From: Methanotrichaceae archaeon
GTDB taxonomy: Archaea; Halobacteriota; Methanosarcinia; Methanotrichales; Methanotrichaceae
Reading direction: 5' to 3'
Length of the DNA stretch: 28,494 nt
Assembly (NCBI GenBank): GCA_963754945.1
Contig: CAVWIG010000053.1
Span: 1 to 28,494 of the forward strand
A program made the position numbers and the translations under genes. Below are positions 17,561-25,624 of this stretch, one piece after another. The notes under the pieces are model-generated. The model was not told where the DNA came from, did no database searches, and saw only the letters and a list, made by a program, of their open reading frames with translations. Every line of letters starts with the position of its first letter. Position 1 is the first letter of the stretch.

Positions 17561-18531
17561 TGTTCGCTGGAGTGGATCACGGCACTACAGCCATCAGGTT
17601 TGCCACCTCTGAAGGCAGATGCTGGGAGCTGCCAAGATTCGAGGCGTGCGCGCATTCGCCGGAAAAGATAATCGAGCAAATCAAACAGAACCTAGGCTCG
17701 GAGATCAAGCTCATAGCCATGAGTTATTCAATGGGCGACGGGTTGACGGAGATCGTGAGGTTGGAGGACGCCTCCAACCGGGGCCTGAGACAGCAGGACG
17801 GAGCGGGTCTGCATGTCGGCGGCGGCACCAGAGTCTTCGATGCCATTAAGGGTTCGGGCTGGCCGGCGATTCTTCTGCCAGGAATCCACAGGGACAGCGA
17901 CACCGACCCCAGGCTTAAGGTCTTCTCTCACGGCATGAGCGGAGAGAAGGTGGGCCTTGCTTATTTTGTCTTTAAAAAGGGAGTTCCCAGCTTCATTGTC
18001 TGCGATGCCAGCTCCAACACTGTGACATTTGGGGTCCTCCAGGGCAGGATCGTCGGGGCCATCGATGCACCAACCTTCGCGCCGGGCCTGACCCAAGGGC
18101 CCTTGGACGTAGAGGCCATAAGGGCGGTAGACTCCGGGAAGATGACTGCTAATCAGGCTTTCAGCCGTGGAGGCATCCTGGCCAAGCTGGGCTATTCAAC
18201 CCTTGATGAGTGTGATCCGGAGGTGAGAGTGCACGCCTTGGATTCCCTGGCCTTGTTTGCGGCCATGGAGACTAAGGCAATGGAAGTCTTGTTAAAAGAC
18301 CTGGGCGAGGAGTCTCCTCCGCTGTACCTCGCGGGCAGTCCGGCACATGAGATTGAACCGCGAGTTTCAGATCTATTGGGCCGAGAAGTGAGATCCCTGG
18401 AAAGATGCGCTGCAGCCCAAGGTTGTGCTATGATTGCTGAGGATGTCTATAACGGCGTCCCAAATATCCTGGGCCTGAAAGTGAATGAACGAGCCCGGTC
18501 ATGGACCAACACCAAGCCTGCGCTCCAGTAG
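17560..18531 (+). CDS. Methanogenesis marker protein 12 (UPF0285-type)
   Basis: FAGVDHGTTAIRF, YSMGDG, GGGTRVFDAI, LPGIHR, FSH..SGEKVG, DASSNTVT, GAIDA..FAPG..QGPLDVEAIR. Confidence 0.85.
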   Translation: MFAGVDHGTTAIRFATSEGRCWELPRFEACAHSPEKIIEQIKQNLGSEIKLIAMSYSMGDGLTEIVRLEDASNRGLRQQDGAGLHVGGGTRVFDAIKGSGWPAILLPGIHRDSDTDPRLKVFSHGMSGEKVGLAYFVFKKGVPSFIVCDASSNTVTFGVLQGRIVGAIDAPTFAPGLTQGPLDVEAIRAVDSGKMTANQAFSRGGILAKLGYSTLDECDPEVRVHALDSLALFAAMETKAMEVLLKDLGEESPPLYLAGSPAHEIEPRVSDLLGREVRSLERCAAAQGCAMIAEDVYNGVPNILGLKVNERARSWTNTKPALQ

Positions 18532-18867
18532 ATCGGAAGACCCTTACAATCAGTATTCTTTGCTTATGACTACGTCACTGAAATGGGAAAGTTAGTAGCT
18601 GAACTGGAGTCCCAAGCCCTGGCGGTAAGAACAAACGAAGGCGCTAAGATGCTCAAGTCAAAGTCCCGGAAGCGATAACCGGGGCCGAAAGCAACTCTGC
18701 CTTTAAATCGATCGCTTGGACCTGCTCATGATGGTCATAACGGAGCCGTCAAGGGAGAACATCTGCGCCAACACTAAGTGTGTCCCCATTACGACAAGAA
18801 ATGTAGGATGCGATGCAATAATAATAATAATAATGATCCTGGAGTATCCAGGATCGGATAAAATCGC

Positions 18868-18978
18868 TCACCTTACCTGTGACCTGCTGTCAGACCACTT
18901 GTTGATGAGTCCGGGCAATACGGTTATGATCACGCCGAAGACAACGACGGCGACTATTTGAGACGTAAAGCTGTCCAT
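18868..18978 (-). CDS. 36-aa single-helix membrane peptide (unannotated)
   Basis: MDSFTSQIVAVVVFGVIITVLPGLINKWSDSRSQVR*; strong SD GGAGGTGA upstream, BRE/TATA-like aaagtttatct further upstream, hairpin after the stop. Confidence 0.55.
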   Translation of the reverse strand: MDSFTSQIVAVVVFGVIITVLPGLINKWSDSRSQVR

Positions 18979-19085
18979 CTCTTTTCACCTCCGGGACGAT
19001 TAGATCAAATGTAACGGCTTTGTCTTCTGTAATATGATAGAGATAAACTTTGTGCTGGCTATCATATGATACGTAGATCCTTTAA

Positions 19086-19139
19086 ATCAACGTTGCGGCG
19101 GTGGACCCAGCAGCAAGCTGGCAGGGTATTATGATAAAA
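19086..19139 (-). mobile_element. 54-bp minimal IS200-derived unit: right and left ends fused through one hairpin
   Basis: atcaacgttgcggcggtggaccc matches IS end 10652-10675. cagcaagctggcagggtatt plus 9 nt plus ATAAA matches end 11216-11248 with the same spacing to the TTTAT target. Confidence 0.75.
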
Positions 19140-19276
19140 ATAAATTAACTAATAACATGATTAATTATTGATATATGATAGAAAACGAACCCTTAAGAAG
19201 ACCAAAAAATGCATATGACACAATTCAGAGTCAAACGGTATTCGTCTCAACCTGCAGAAGAGCGAATCGTCGCGAT

Positions 19277-20809
19277 TTAAAACACTTCAGATAACCCATT
19301 CTCTAATTCTTCCCACTTAGCGCACTTTCTTAGTTCATAGGTTTCTTTTTGTAACTTGGATAAAGTTTCTTTCTCATTATTCTCAATGGAATTATCTTTA
19401 ATGGGATAATTCTTTGCGAAGTAACGGCTGACGTCCCGGAAATTCATCTTTTGCATATAGAGCTTGAACCAGCTCTCTATCGCCGTTTGGCTCCAGCCAA
19501 TTGCAAAATGAACCAACTTGTTTTTTGGGACTATATTTTCCTCAACTATGCCAGCAATCTCTTCTTTCAATCCGACCTGTGTTTCAAAATAGAAGATCGA
19601 CAGAGAATAGGATGACCAATCCACATAAGGGAGCAAGCTGCTATGGATGGATATCTCTGTCCTCATGGCATTACATTGCCAAAGGTCCGGTGAGCAATGA
19701 TTTTCTTCCAGGCGCTTGGCCAAGCAAACGATCTTATCAGTCGAATCTAAAACCTTGAACAGGCGAATATACCCCGCACTGGTTATTTCTGCTTCTCTAA
19801 ATTCCTCGAATCCCTGTTTTACTACTCTGCTTGTTCTCGCTCTGATATCTCTACCCTGGAATCGATTCTTGTAAACTTGGCAACAATAGTTGATCGGTAA
19901 GCCGATCTGATGCTGTCGTGCAAATACAAGCAATTTTAAGGCGCAGATTTCCGACTCGAAGACAGGAATCCGGGGCACATGGAGGAAGTGGTAATTTCGC
20001 TGGACGAACGCCTTATAATTATGCTGGGTTGTTGCTAACTGATGAAGATTGAGGAAATTGACACCTATTGTCTCCATCTTGGACAGTAGATCCTTCACAA
20101 GATCATAATCCTCCGGAATTGCAGGGATTTCGACGGTCACTGCAGGTATATACTCTTTTGAAAGGATAATTGGGGTTAAGTCATATTGTCGAGCACTCAG
20201 ATCGAAACGAATTTCATCCAAACCAGCTTCCTGCAACTTTTTTAAAGATTCTCGATCTACGAAATCGCCATTTGTGTAAGCCCACAGATACATCGAATTC
20301 CCAAATTCCTTTCGAATTGCCTCGATGTGAGCCAATAATCTATCAAGCACTAGAAAAGGCTCTCCACCTGAAAACCCTACACCTCGGATCTGAAAGGTCT
20401 TTAAATAGTTTATATGTTCTAAAGGATCCCTGAACGCAAACCCTTCACTTTTTGACTCGCTTTCCACTTTAATCGAACGGTCTTGTGGGCAGTAGAAGCA
20501 ATTTCTTGAGCATCGATGGTTGGTGTAGTTGCAATCCCAACCGCCATCGCCGCAGATCGAACATCCGGGAGAGAGCGGCCCAGAGTGCAGTTTGCTCTCT
20601 TGAAAGCTATAATTAATCCAACTGGATAGAGCCTTCAGAAGTTTGTTCCTCTGCTCTTTGGCCCGTTGAGCTTCCTCATCAGAAAACCATTGAAGATCAT
20701 TGTAAACCCAGCCAACCTCGTTACAAATGGCTCTCTTTTGTTGGTCTCTATCGACTCTTTTTTCTTGATCTCTCTCAATGTTTGCGATCTTCAAAACGGA
20801 TCTATTCAT
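19277..20809 (-). CDS. Radical SAM protein (uncharacterised PFL-activase-related type) with C-terminal extension
   Basis: LSPGCSIC...WDC...CSRNCFYC (CxxxCxxC), GVGFSGGEP, YTNG, GLDEIRFD, VEIPAIP, FLNLHQL, INYCC. Confidence 0.85.
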   Translation of the reverse strand: MNRSVLKIANIERDQEKRVDRDQQKRAICNEVGWVYNDLQWFSDEEAQRAKEQRNKLLKALSSWINYSFQESKLHSGPLSPGCSICGDGGWDCNYTNHRCSRNCFYCPQDRSIKVESESKSEGFAFRDPLEHINYLKTFQIRGVGFSGGEPFLVLDRLLAHIEAIRKEFGNSMYLWAYTNGDFVDRESLKKLQEAGLDEIRFDLSARQYDLTPIILSKEYIPAVTVEIPAIPEDYDLVKDLLSKMETIGVNFLNLHQLATTQHNYKAFVQRNYHFLHVPRIPVFESEICALKLLVFARQHQIGLPINYCCQVYKNRFQGRDIRARTSRVVKQGFEEFREAEITSAGYIRLFKVLDSTDKIVCLAKRLEENHCSPDLWQCNAMRTEISIHSSLLPYVDWSSYSLSIFYFETQVGLKEEIAGIVEENIVPKNKLVHFAIGWSQTAIESWFKLYMQKMNFRDVSRYFAKNYPIKDNSIENNEKETLSKLQKETYELRKCAKWEELENGLSEVF

Positions 20810-21347
20810 GCGTCCTTACCACATTCCTATTCTGAAGCAAGGTAATATAAATCATTATCTTGCGGGTACCGCAGTCACCAGAGTCCATATCAAAATGATA
20901 GTCCTGGAAATGTGTACTGCGCTTGGATCGCGGCCTTTGATGAAGAAGTTCGAATTCCTCATTTATTGATTCATTAAAGGTTTGACCATAATAAATATGG
21001 TGCTTATTACTAATCGTATTAATAGGATAAGATGGCTGGTTTAGCCAAAGTCAACGGTGCATCGTCGGACCTGCTTCAGGCAATTTAGAACTTAATATCG
21101 GTAAATTTAAAGGTAAGGAGGAGAGGACCAGTATCCCCTGTCTGGTCCTCTTATCCTGATGGCAGATGATATCTTGGTAAGCGGAGAGACTCATATGGAG
21201 GACCGTGGGCCGACGGTACGGTGTCCCTTCGCTTGAAACATTGACATTGTATCAGTAAGTATTTTAGCGCCACGGTTGTTATTCTTGCCGTCAGGAAAAT
21301 AGAAAAAAAGGCAAAAGGAAAAAAGTTCAAAGTAAATTTTCTGCACG

Positions 21348-21614
21348 ATGACGAAAATTGCCGTACATCACCGAAACTTTTTAGAGCGGAAAAAGAGATA
21401 CTACTCCAATTCTTACAAGGTGCCGGAACGATGCGACGAGTGCTACAAGAAGATTGGAGATGTATTTTATGATGCCAAGATCTTTGCCTGCGAAGGATTC
21501 AGACATATGCAGGTGTGTGAGAACTGTTTCGAACGCAGCCGTATGCTGGGCCGGGGAGAAGGGGACAGGTACGAGCGCAATTCTACAGGAAAATTTATAA
21601 AGCCTTCAAAATAG
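21348..21614 (+). CDS. Small putative zinc-finger protein
   Basis: CDEC...FYDAK...CENCF...LGRGEGDRY; two CxxC pairs. Confidence 0.6.
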   Translation: MTKIAVHHRNFLERKKRYYSNSYKVPERCDECYKKIGDVFYDAKIFACEGFRHMQVCENCFERSRMLGRGEGDRYERNSTGKFIKPSK

Positions 21615-21821
21615 GTAATATCGCCCATGTTGCATTGCACCGCCTGCCGAATTAGACATTTAGCTCCAGAACCTTTGAATAGTCTCCGTCTTTGGCAGTC
21701 AAGTAAAATCGTCTGTTCCATTTCGGACGATTCCAATGTGTGCATGCAGCCTGAATAGATAGCTGAACTTTGTCTCAAGGTATGATATGATAGAGCCTTC
21801 CAGGATATTCCCACGAGAAGA

Positions 21822-21885
21822 CAAGCCCTCTCTTTAATTTGGATTAGATACCGTAATAAGATTCAAGTTGAAGCGGCGGGGTACT
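21822..21885. repeat. IS200-end-like hairpin with expanded loop (copy 2, partial)
   Basis: caagccctctctttaatttggattagataccgtaataagattcaagttgaagcggcggggtact, homologous to 10017-10077. Confidence 0.65.
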
Positions 21886-21996
21886 GTGTTCAAAAATTAA
21901 TAAAATTGTATCAAGTTAAACCTAATAATCTGAATTTTCTCTAATGCATCAATGATAAATATGACTGCCAGCAGACCCTACTGCTGGCCGCCATAT

Positions 21997-22167
21997 TTAA
22001 TGCATCATTGAAACGGCAGCAATGACTACAACCAAGATTGCGGCCACCGCGACAACATAGTTCCTAACTTCGATGTGCATCACGTCTTCGTTGGAGCCCT
22101 TCGGATTGTGCGCCAGTACGAACTCGATCGTCTTCTCGTGCTGCAACATTGCATCGCTCTTCTGCAT
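21997..22167 (-). CDS. 56-aa tail-anchored membrane protein (unannotated)
   Basis: MQKSDAMLQHEKTIEFVLAHNPKGSNEDVMHIEVRNYVVAVAAILVVVIAAVSMMH*; SD AAGGAGGT upstream; 8-bp stem hairpin 21967-21988 after the stop. Confidence 0.65.
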   Translation of the reverse strand: MQKSDAMLQHEKTIEFVLAHNPKGSNEDVMHIEVRNYVVAVAAILVVVIAAVSMMH

Positions 22168-22340
22168 TATGATAACCTCCTTTTAAGGCTCTGAGGTAGC
22201 CTACCCCGTGCCTCAGATTCATTATAACTCTTTAGAAGAAAAACTTTACCGGACATTGGGGCCGCACGGGACGCTCGACTGCCGATAACCGAAGGGCAAT
22301 TCTACTGGATAAAGTATCGGCCCATCGTCTATTGCTATCG

Positions 22341-23015
22341 TTATTCGTCAGGATTTGCTTTTGCAGGTTTTATTACCCGGCCGGATGAAGCAATTCTTCC
22401 CGGCAGAGTTCTGTATATCTTCGCGCACCGATCGATCTTTCCTTCCGCGACAAGCCTCTGAACCTTTGGAAATATCGACTCTGTCCTGTGCAGGAATTGA
22501 TCGACTACCAGCTTCTCAAGCCGTTTTTTGTCGACAGATGCGCCTTTCCCTATGCCAGGGCAGGTTGGATTGTAGCTTATATTGAGCAGAATGTCCCCTT
22601 CCGAGGTCGTCTCTTCCTCTACCCGAAAGGGAAAAAGCCGACAGGCCTTGGGGCGCACAGAATAAACCGAACATCCGTCGTTATAGAACACACAGGTCGT
22701 ATCCTCTTTTGACTTCATGACCGGAAGATCCAGGATGACCTTTTTGCCGCTATCTTCGACCCGAACGCTGTCGCCATTGTACTCGAATAGGGTGTCTACG
22801 AACTCATCAGGCTTTTTGCGCGACATGTTGCTGATATCGCGGATGTCCTTATCTGTCAGATAAATCAGGTTTGACTTCTCCCAGAACTCCTTCAGTCGGT
22901 CCATTGGAACGAGGTCGTCGAACTCTAGCGGCCGCCGGTGATGGCAGCAAGACCCGCACCTCTGGCACTGGAACTTAACGTCGCCAAAAACAGTCTTGAC
23001 CTGGACTGTGGGCAA
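22341..23015 (-). CDS. YkgJ family cysteine-cluster (CxxCxxCC) protein
   Basis: FQCQRCGSCC, CVFYNDGCSVYSVRPKACRLFPF, CPGIG; TTG start with SD gaggt. Confidence 0.85.
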   Translation of the reverse strand: MPTVQVKTVFGDVKFQCQRCGSCCHHRRPLEFDDLVPMDRLKEFWEKSNLIYLTDKDIRDISNMSRKKPDEFVDTLFEYNGDSVRVEDSGKKVILDLPVMKSKEDTTCVFYNDGCSVYSVRPKACRLFPFRVEEETTSEGDILLNISYNPTCPGIGKGASVDKKRLEKLVVDQFLHRTESIFPKVQRLVAEGKIDRCAKIYRTLPGRIASSGRVIKPAKANPDE

Positions 23016-23024
23016 TGATACCTC

Positions 23025-23061
23025 AAAAAAGAAAGAAAAAAAGACGCTTTAAAGCGTCTTT
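23025..23061 (-). terminator. Putative mtr operon terminator: palindrome over the mtrH stop followed by an oligo-T tract
   Basis: Perfect 22-bp palindrome aaagacgctttaaagcgtcttt (23040-23061), then a T-rich run on the minus strand to 23025. Confidence 0.55.
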
Positions 23062-23984
23062 GTTATGGGATGGTTCTCAGCCATGACTTTCAGGCCGAGC
23101 TCTTTGGCGGACTCTGCCTTCATGATGTCCACCATCGCAGCAGCCGGGAAGATCATGGGTGCGTTCTCGATTGGACCGTAGAGGTAGTAGTCAGCACCTA
23201 CAATGCCCGCTACCAGGTTGGACCCGATGTCCACCGGGGCGAAGGCTTCCCTGTGCTCTTTCTTCCACTTCTTCATCCAGTCCCAAGCGGATGCACCGTT
23301 GTGGAACCCGCCGCCAACAGGCAGGCCCAGTATGGCCTTGACTGCTATGCAGGCACGAACCGTTGCGCCTGAGCCGGCGCCCAGAGGCATGGCAGCAGTG
23401 TCTATCAGGGGTCTGGTAATACCGCACTCTTTGGCGTACTCGAGCATTCCCTTCTTGGCTCCGCCCGCTGCCTTGGTCAGGATGTTCATCTTTCCTTGGG
23501 TTCCAGCCTCCATTGCGTTGAAGGCTAGGACGATTGCTGCGTTCAGGTCGCTCTCCTTTACCGCCGTCAGCTCTTCTGGAGTAATGGATGCGTTTATAGA
23601 GTTGTGGATCGCCCTGTCGGCAACACCGATCTCCGTCGCATACTTGACTCCGAAGGCCCTCACAGCAGGTGCCGAGGAGTCGATGAGGAACGGATAGTCG
23701 GACAACCCGACGAACCAGTCGATCTCCTTCTGCATTGCCTCATTGCTCTCAGCGACAATCTGGTTCATACAGGAGTTGCCTGTAATGTCGCTCATCTCTG
23801 CCTGCTTGTTCCAGAGCTTCTCTGCAGCATCCTTGTCGAAGACTCCGTGCTCCGGGTCGGACACTATCTTGTGCCTGGCATAGAACATTGTGCCTATGCA
23901 GCATGTGGGGTACTCTCCAGGCTGGCCTCCCACACTGAATTTGCCGAACTCAAATACCTCTTGCTTCTTATCGAACTTGAACAT
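23049..23984 (-). CDS. mtrH: Tetrahydromethanopterin S-methyltransferase subunit H
   Basis: MFKFDKKQEVF...GGQPGEYPT, FLIDSS, NSINAS, LPVGGGFHN, YGPIENAP. Confidence 0.96.
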   Translation of the reverse strand: MFKFDKKQEVFEFGKFSVGGQPGEYPTCCIGTMFYARHKIVSDPEHGVFDKDAAEKLWNKQAEMSDITGNSCMNQIVAESNEAMQKEIDWFVGLSDYPFLIDSSAPAVRAFGVKYATEIGVADRAIHNSINASITPEELTAVKESDLNAAIVLAFNAMEAGTQGKMNILTKAAGGAKKGMLEYAKECGITRPLIDTAAMPLGAGSGATVRACIAVKAILGLPVGGGFHNGASAWDWMKKWKKEHREAFAPVDIGSNLVAGIVGADYYLYGPIENAPMIFPAAAMVDIMKAESAKELGLKVMAENHPITKTL

Positions 23985-24013
23985 TACAAATCACCTTCGT
24001 CGTGGCCATCTAG

Positions 24014-24262
24014 TTATTTCAACACGGGCGTCCAGTTGTGGGCATAATTGAATATGATGTATGCCAGTATCAGGATCAATCCAGCACAGGTACCATAGGC
24101 TGCGCCCATGTCCCTGCCGATGGACTTCCCTGCCCTCATGAACTTCTCGGCCGAGTAGAATTCAAGCTTTTCTTCTATCTTGTCCATCCTGGCCATCAGT
24201 TCAGAGAACTGAACGGGATCGACAACGGCAACAGGTACTCTCAATTTTCCTTCGTTAGCCAT
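24014..24262 (-). CDS. mtrG: Mtr subunit G
   Basis: VP..VVDP..F.EL..RMDKIEEKLEF..AE...RAGKSIGRDMG..YG plus TM helix; operon position. Confidence 0.93.
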   Translation of the reverse strand: MANEGKLRVPVAVVDPVQFSELMARMDKIEEKLEFYSAEKFMRAGKSIGRDMGAAYGTCAGLILILAYIIFNYAHNWTPVLK

Positions 24263-24265
24263 AGC

Positions 24266-24511
24266 TCAAATCCCTCCCTTAAGTATGAAGAATGGCCCGA
24301 TCATCATTATTACGGCGATCAGGAACCCGATGGCAAACCCCATGGACACTGTAGCTAGAACTCCCGAGCTCAGCTTGGTCTCCCTCGCTAGGAGCTGGGC
24401 CTTCCATTTGTAGTCGTCCACGACATCTTGGATCATTGCCATGTCATGGGCCGAAGGATCGGCAACTGTGGGTAATCCCAGGCCGTAAATAGCCTCCTGC
24501 TCTTCTGCCAT
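24266..24511 (-). CDS. mtrF: Mtr subunit F
   Basis: VVDDYKWKAQLLARETKLSSGV...GFAIGF plus TM helix; lies between mtrA and mtrG. Confidence 0.9.
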   Translation of the reverse strand: MAEEQEAIYGLGLPTVADPSAHDMAMIQDVVDDYKWKAQLLARETKLSSGVLATVSMGFAIGFLIAVIMMIGPFFILKGGI

Positions 24512-24512
24512 T

Positions 24513-25250
24513 CTACTTCCCTCCCATTGCGGTCATCTTCATGATAATGCCGAAGAGGACCAGGACGATGGTCATTCCGAGGGCAATTCCCTCTATCTTT
24601 CCGGCGTAGATGCCTGCCTGGAGCTTGTTTAGTAGACCGTTAATGGTCACCATCTCGTCCTCAAGGCGCATCCTCTGCCTGATCTCGGAGACCTCGGCTG
24701 CTAGGGGCCTTGGTCCATGAGCCTCTTCAAATCCTTCGTCCTTCTTTAGCTCGATCCTCATCGGCTCGACGTCTAAGGCTCCAGGGTCCTTGGCGATAAG
24801 CTCCTTGATCTTGGCTCCGATGACTCCGAGGTCCTCAGTGTCCATCATCAGGACGGGCTCGACCTGGGCGCGGACTCGCTCTATAGACTCCTCGTTCAGA
24901 TTCTGGATGAAGGGGATAGCGCCCGTAGCGCCAACGATCTTTCCTTCCTTATCTATTCCGCTCTTGAGGAACGCATCCACAGCCTGGCCAGTGATGTGCC
25001 CCTTGACCTCCATCCCGGTGATTATCATATACCTGATGTTGGGATTGGAGACCAGATTGGCAGTCATCTTCTCTATGCCGATGTTTTCAGTTTTACATGG
25101 ACCAGCCAGGGCTGCGCCTGCATTGATCAGCTCTTCGAACTTCAAGTGCGATCCGCAGGTACAAACTGCCACCGGGCTCTCCGGATTTCCTACGTGGTAC
25201 TCGCCTGTGATCAATGGCCACGGCTCGCTTGGTTTTTTCTTCAGAGCCAT
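24513..25250 (-). CDS. mtrA: Mtr subunit A (corrinoid protein)
   Basis: WP...GEY.VGNPESPVAVCT.GSH, GPCKTENIGIEK, NPNIR, EVKGHITGQ (corrinoid His), GAIPFI; C-terminal TM. Confidence 0.96.
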   Translation of the reverse strand: MALKKKPSEPWPLITGEYHVGNPESPVAVCTCGSHLKFEELINAGAALAGPCKTENIGIEKMTANLVSNPNIRYMIITGMEVKGHITGQAVDAFLKSGIDKEGKIVGATGAIPFIQNLNEESIERVRAQVEPVLMMDTEDLGVIGAKIKELIAKDPGALDVEPMRIELKKDEGFEEAHGPRPLAAEVSEIRQRMRLEDEMVTINGLLNKLQAGIYAGKIEGIALGMTIVLVLFGIIMKMTAMGGK

Positions 25251-25252
25251 AT

Positions 25253-25612
25253 CTAGGGCCCTCCTGCAACCTTAAGTGCGGCTTTGATTGCCTCTATGCC
25301 GCCCGGGTGCATGAACACCGAGCTGACCAGCACGACGAAGGCAAATAGCATTCCAAAGATCGTGCCCATCCAGATGTTGGTGTATAGGCCGCCAATGTAG
25401 GAACATTTACCACGGTGGGCATAGGACTCCATTAGCTCAGCGTCCGGCGTAAGCTGGTTCACCATGTCGTCGGCGATGTGGTCCATTCTATCTATTCTTG
25501 GATACAATGGGTCCAGGGCGTATAGTATTACGTCCTCTCTCGTCTCAGCTATCGTTCCCTTGAGCGGATCAAAGAGGAGACCCAGTTCATCCGATACTCT
25601 AACTATTCCCAT
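25253..25612 (-). CDS. mtrB: Mtr subunit B
   Basis: IVRVSDELGLLFDPLKGTIAETREDVILY.LDP...IADDMVNQL.P, GLYTN..MG plus TM; operon position. Confidence 0.9.
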   Translation of the reverse strand: MGIVRVSDELGLLFDPLKGTIAETREDVILYALDPLYPRIDRMDHIADDMVNQLTPDAELMESYAHRGKCSYIGGLYTNIWMGTIFGMLFAFVVLVSSVFMHPGGIEAIKAALKVAGGP

Positions 25613-25624
25613 CTACAGACCTCC

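Noticed and set aside
18529-18678. Frame stays open for 48 codons after the TAG of marker 12 (possible pyrrolysine read-through)
   Set aside because: The protein looks complete before the TAG, TAG is an ordinary stop in mtrA and mtrB, and there is no pyl evidence in the window.
18703-18870. In-frame TGA followed by a hairpin and 54 more open codons (possible selenocysteine recoding)
   Set aside because: Archaeal SECIS elements are not normally placed next to the UGA, there is no redox motif context, and the extension runs through an ATT microsatellite.
21467-21814. 115-aa minus-strand ORF
   Set aside because: Overlaps the better-supported zinc-finger ORF in antisense and has no motif.
21841-21852. 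GGATTAGATACC, matching a conserved 16S rRNA motif (similar sequence at about 10034-10045)
   Set aside because: Flanks do not resemble rRNA; it is the core of the hairpin repeat.
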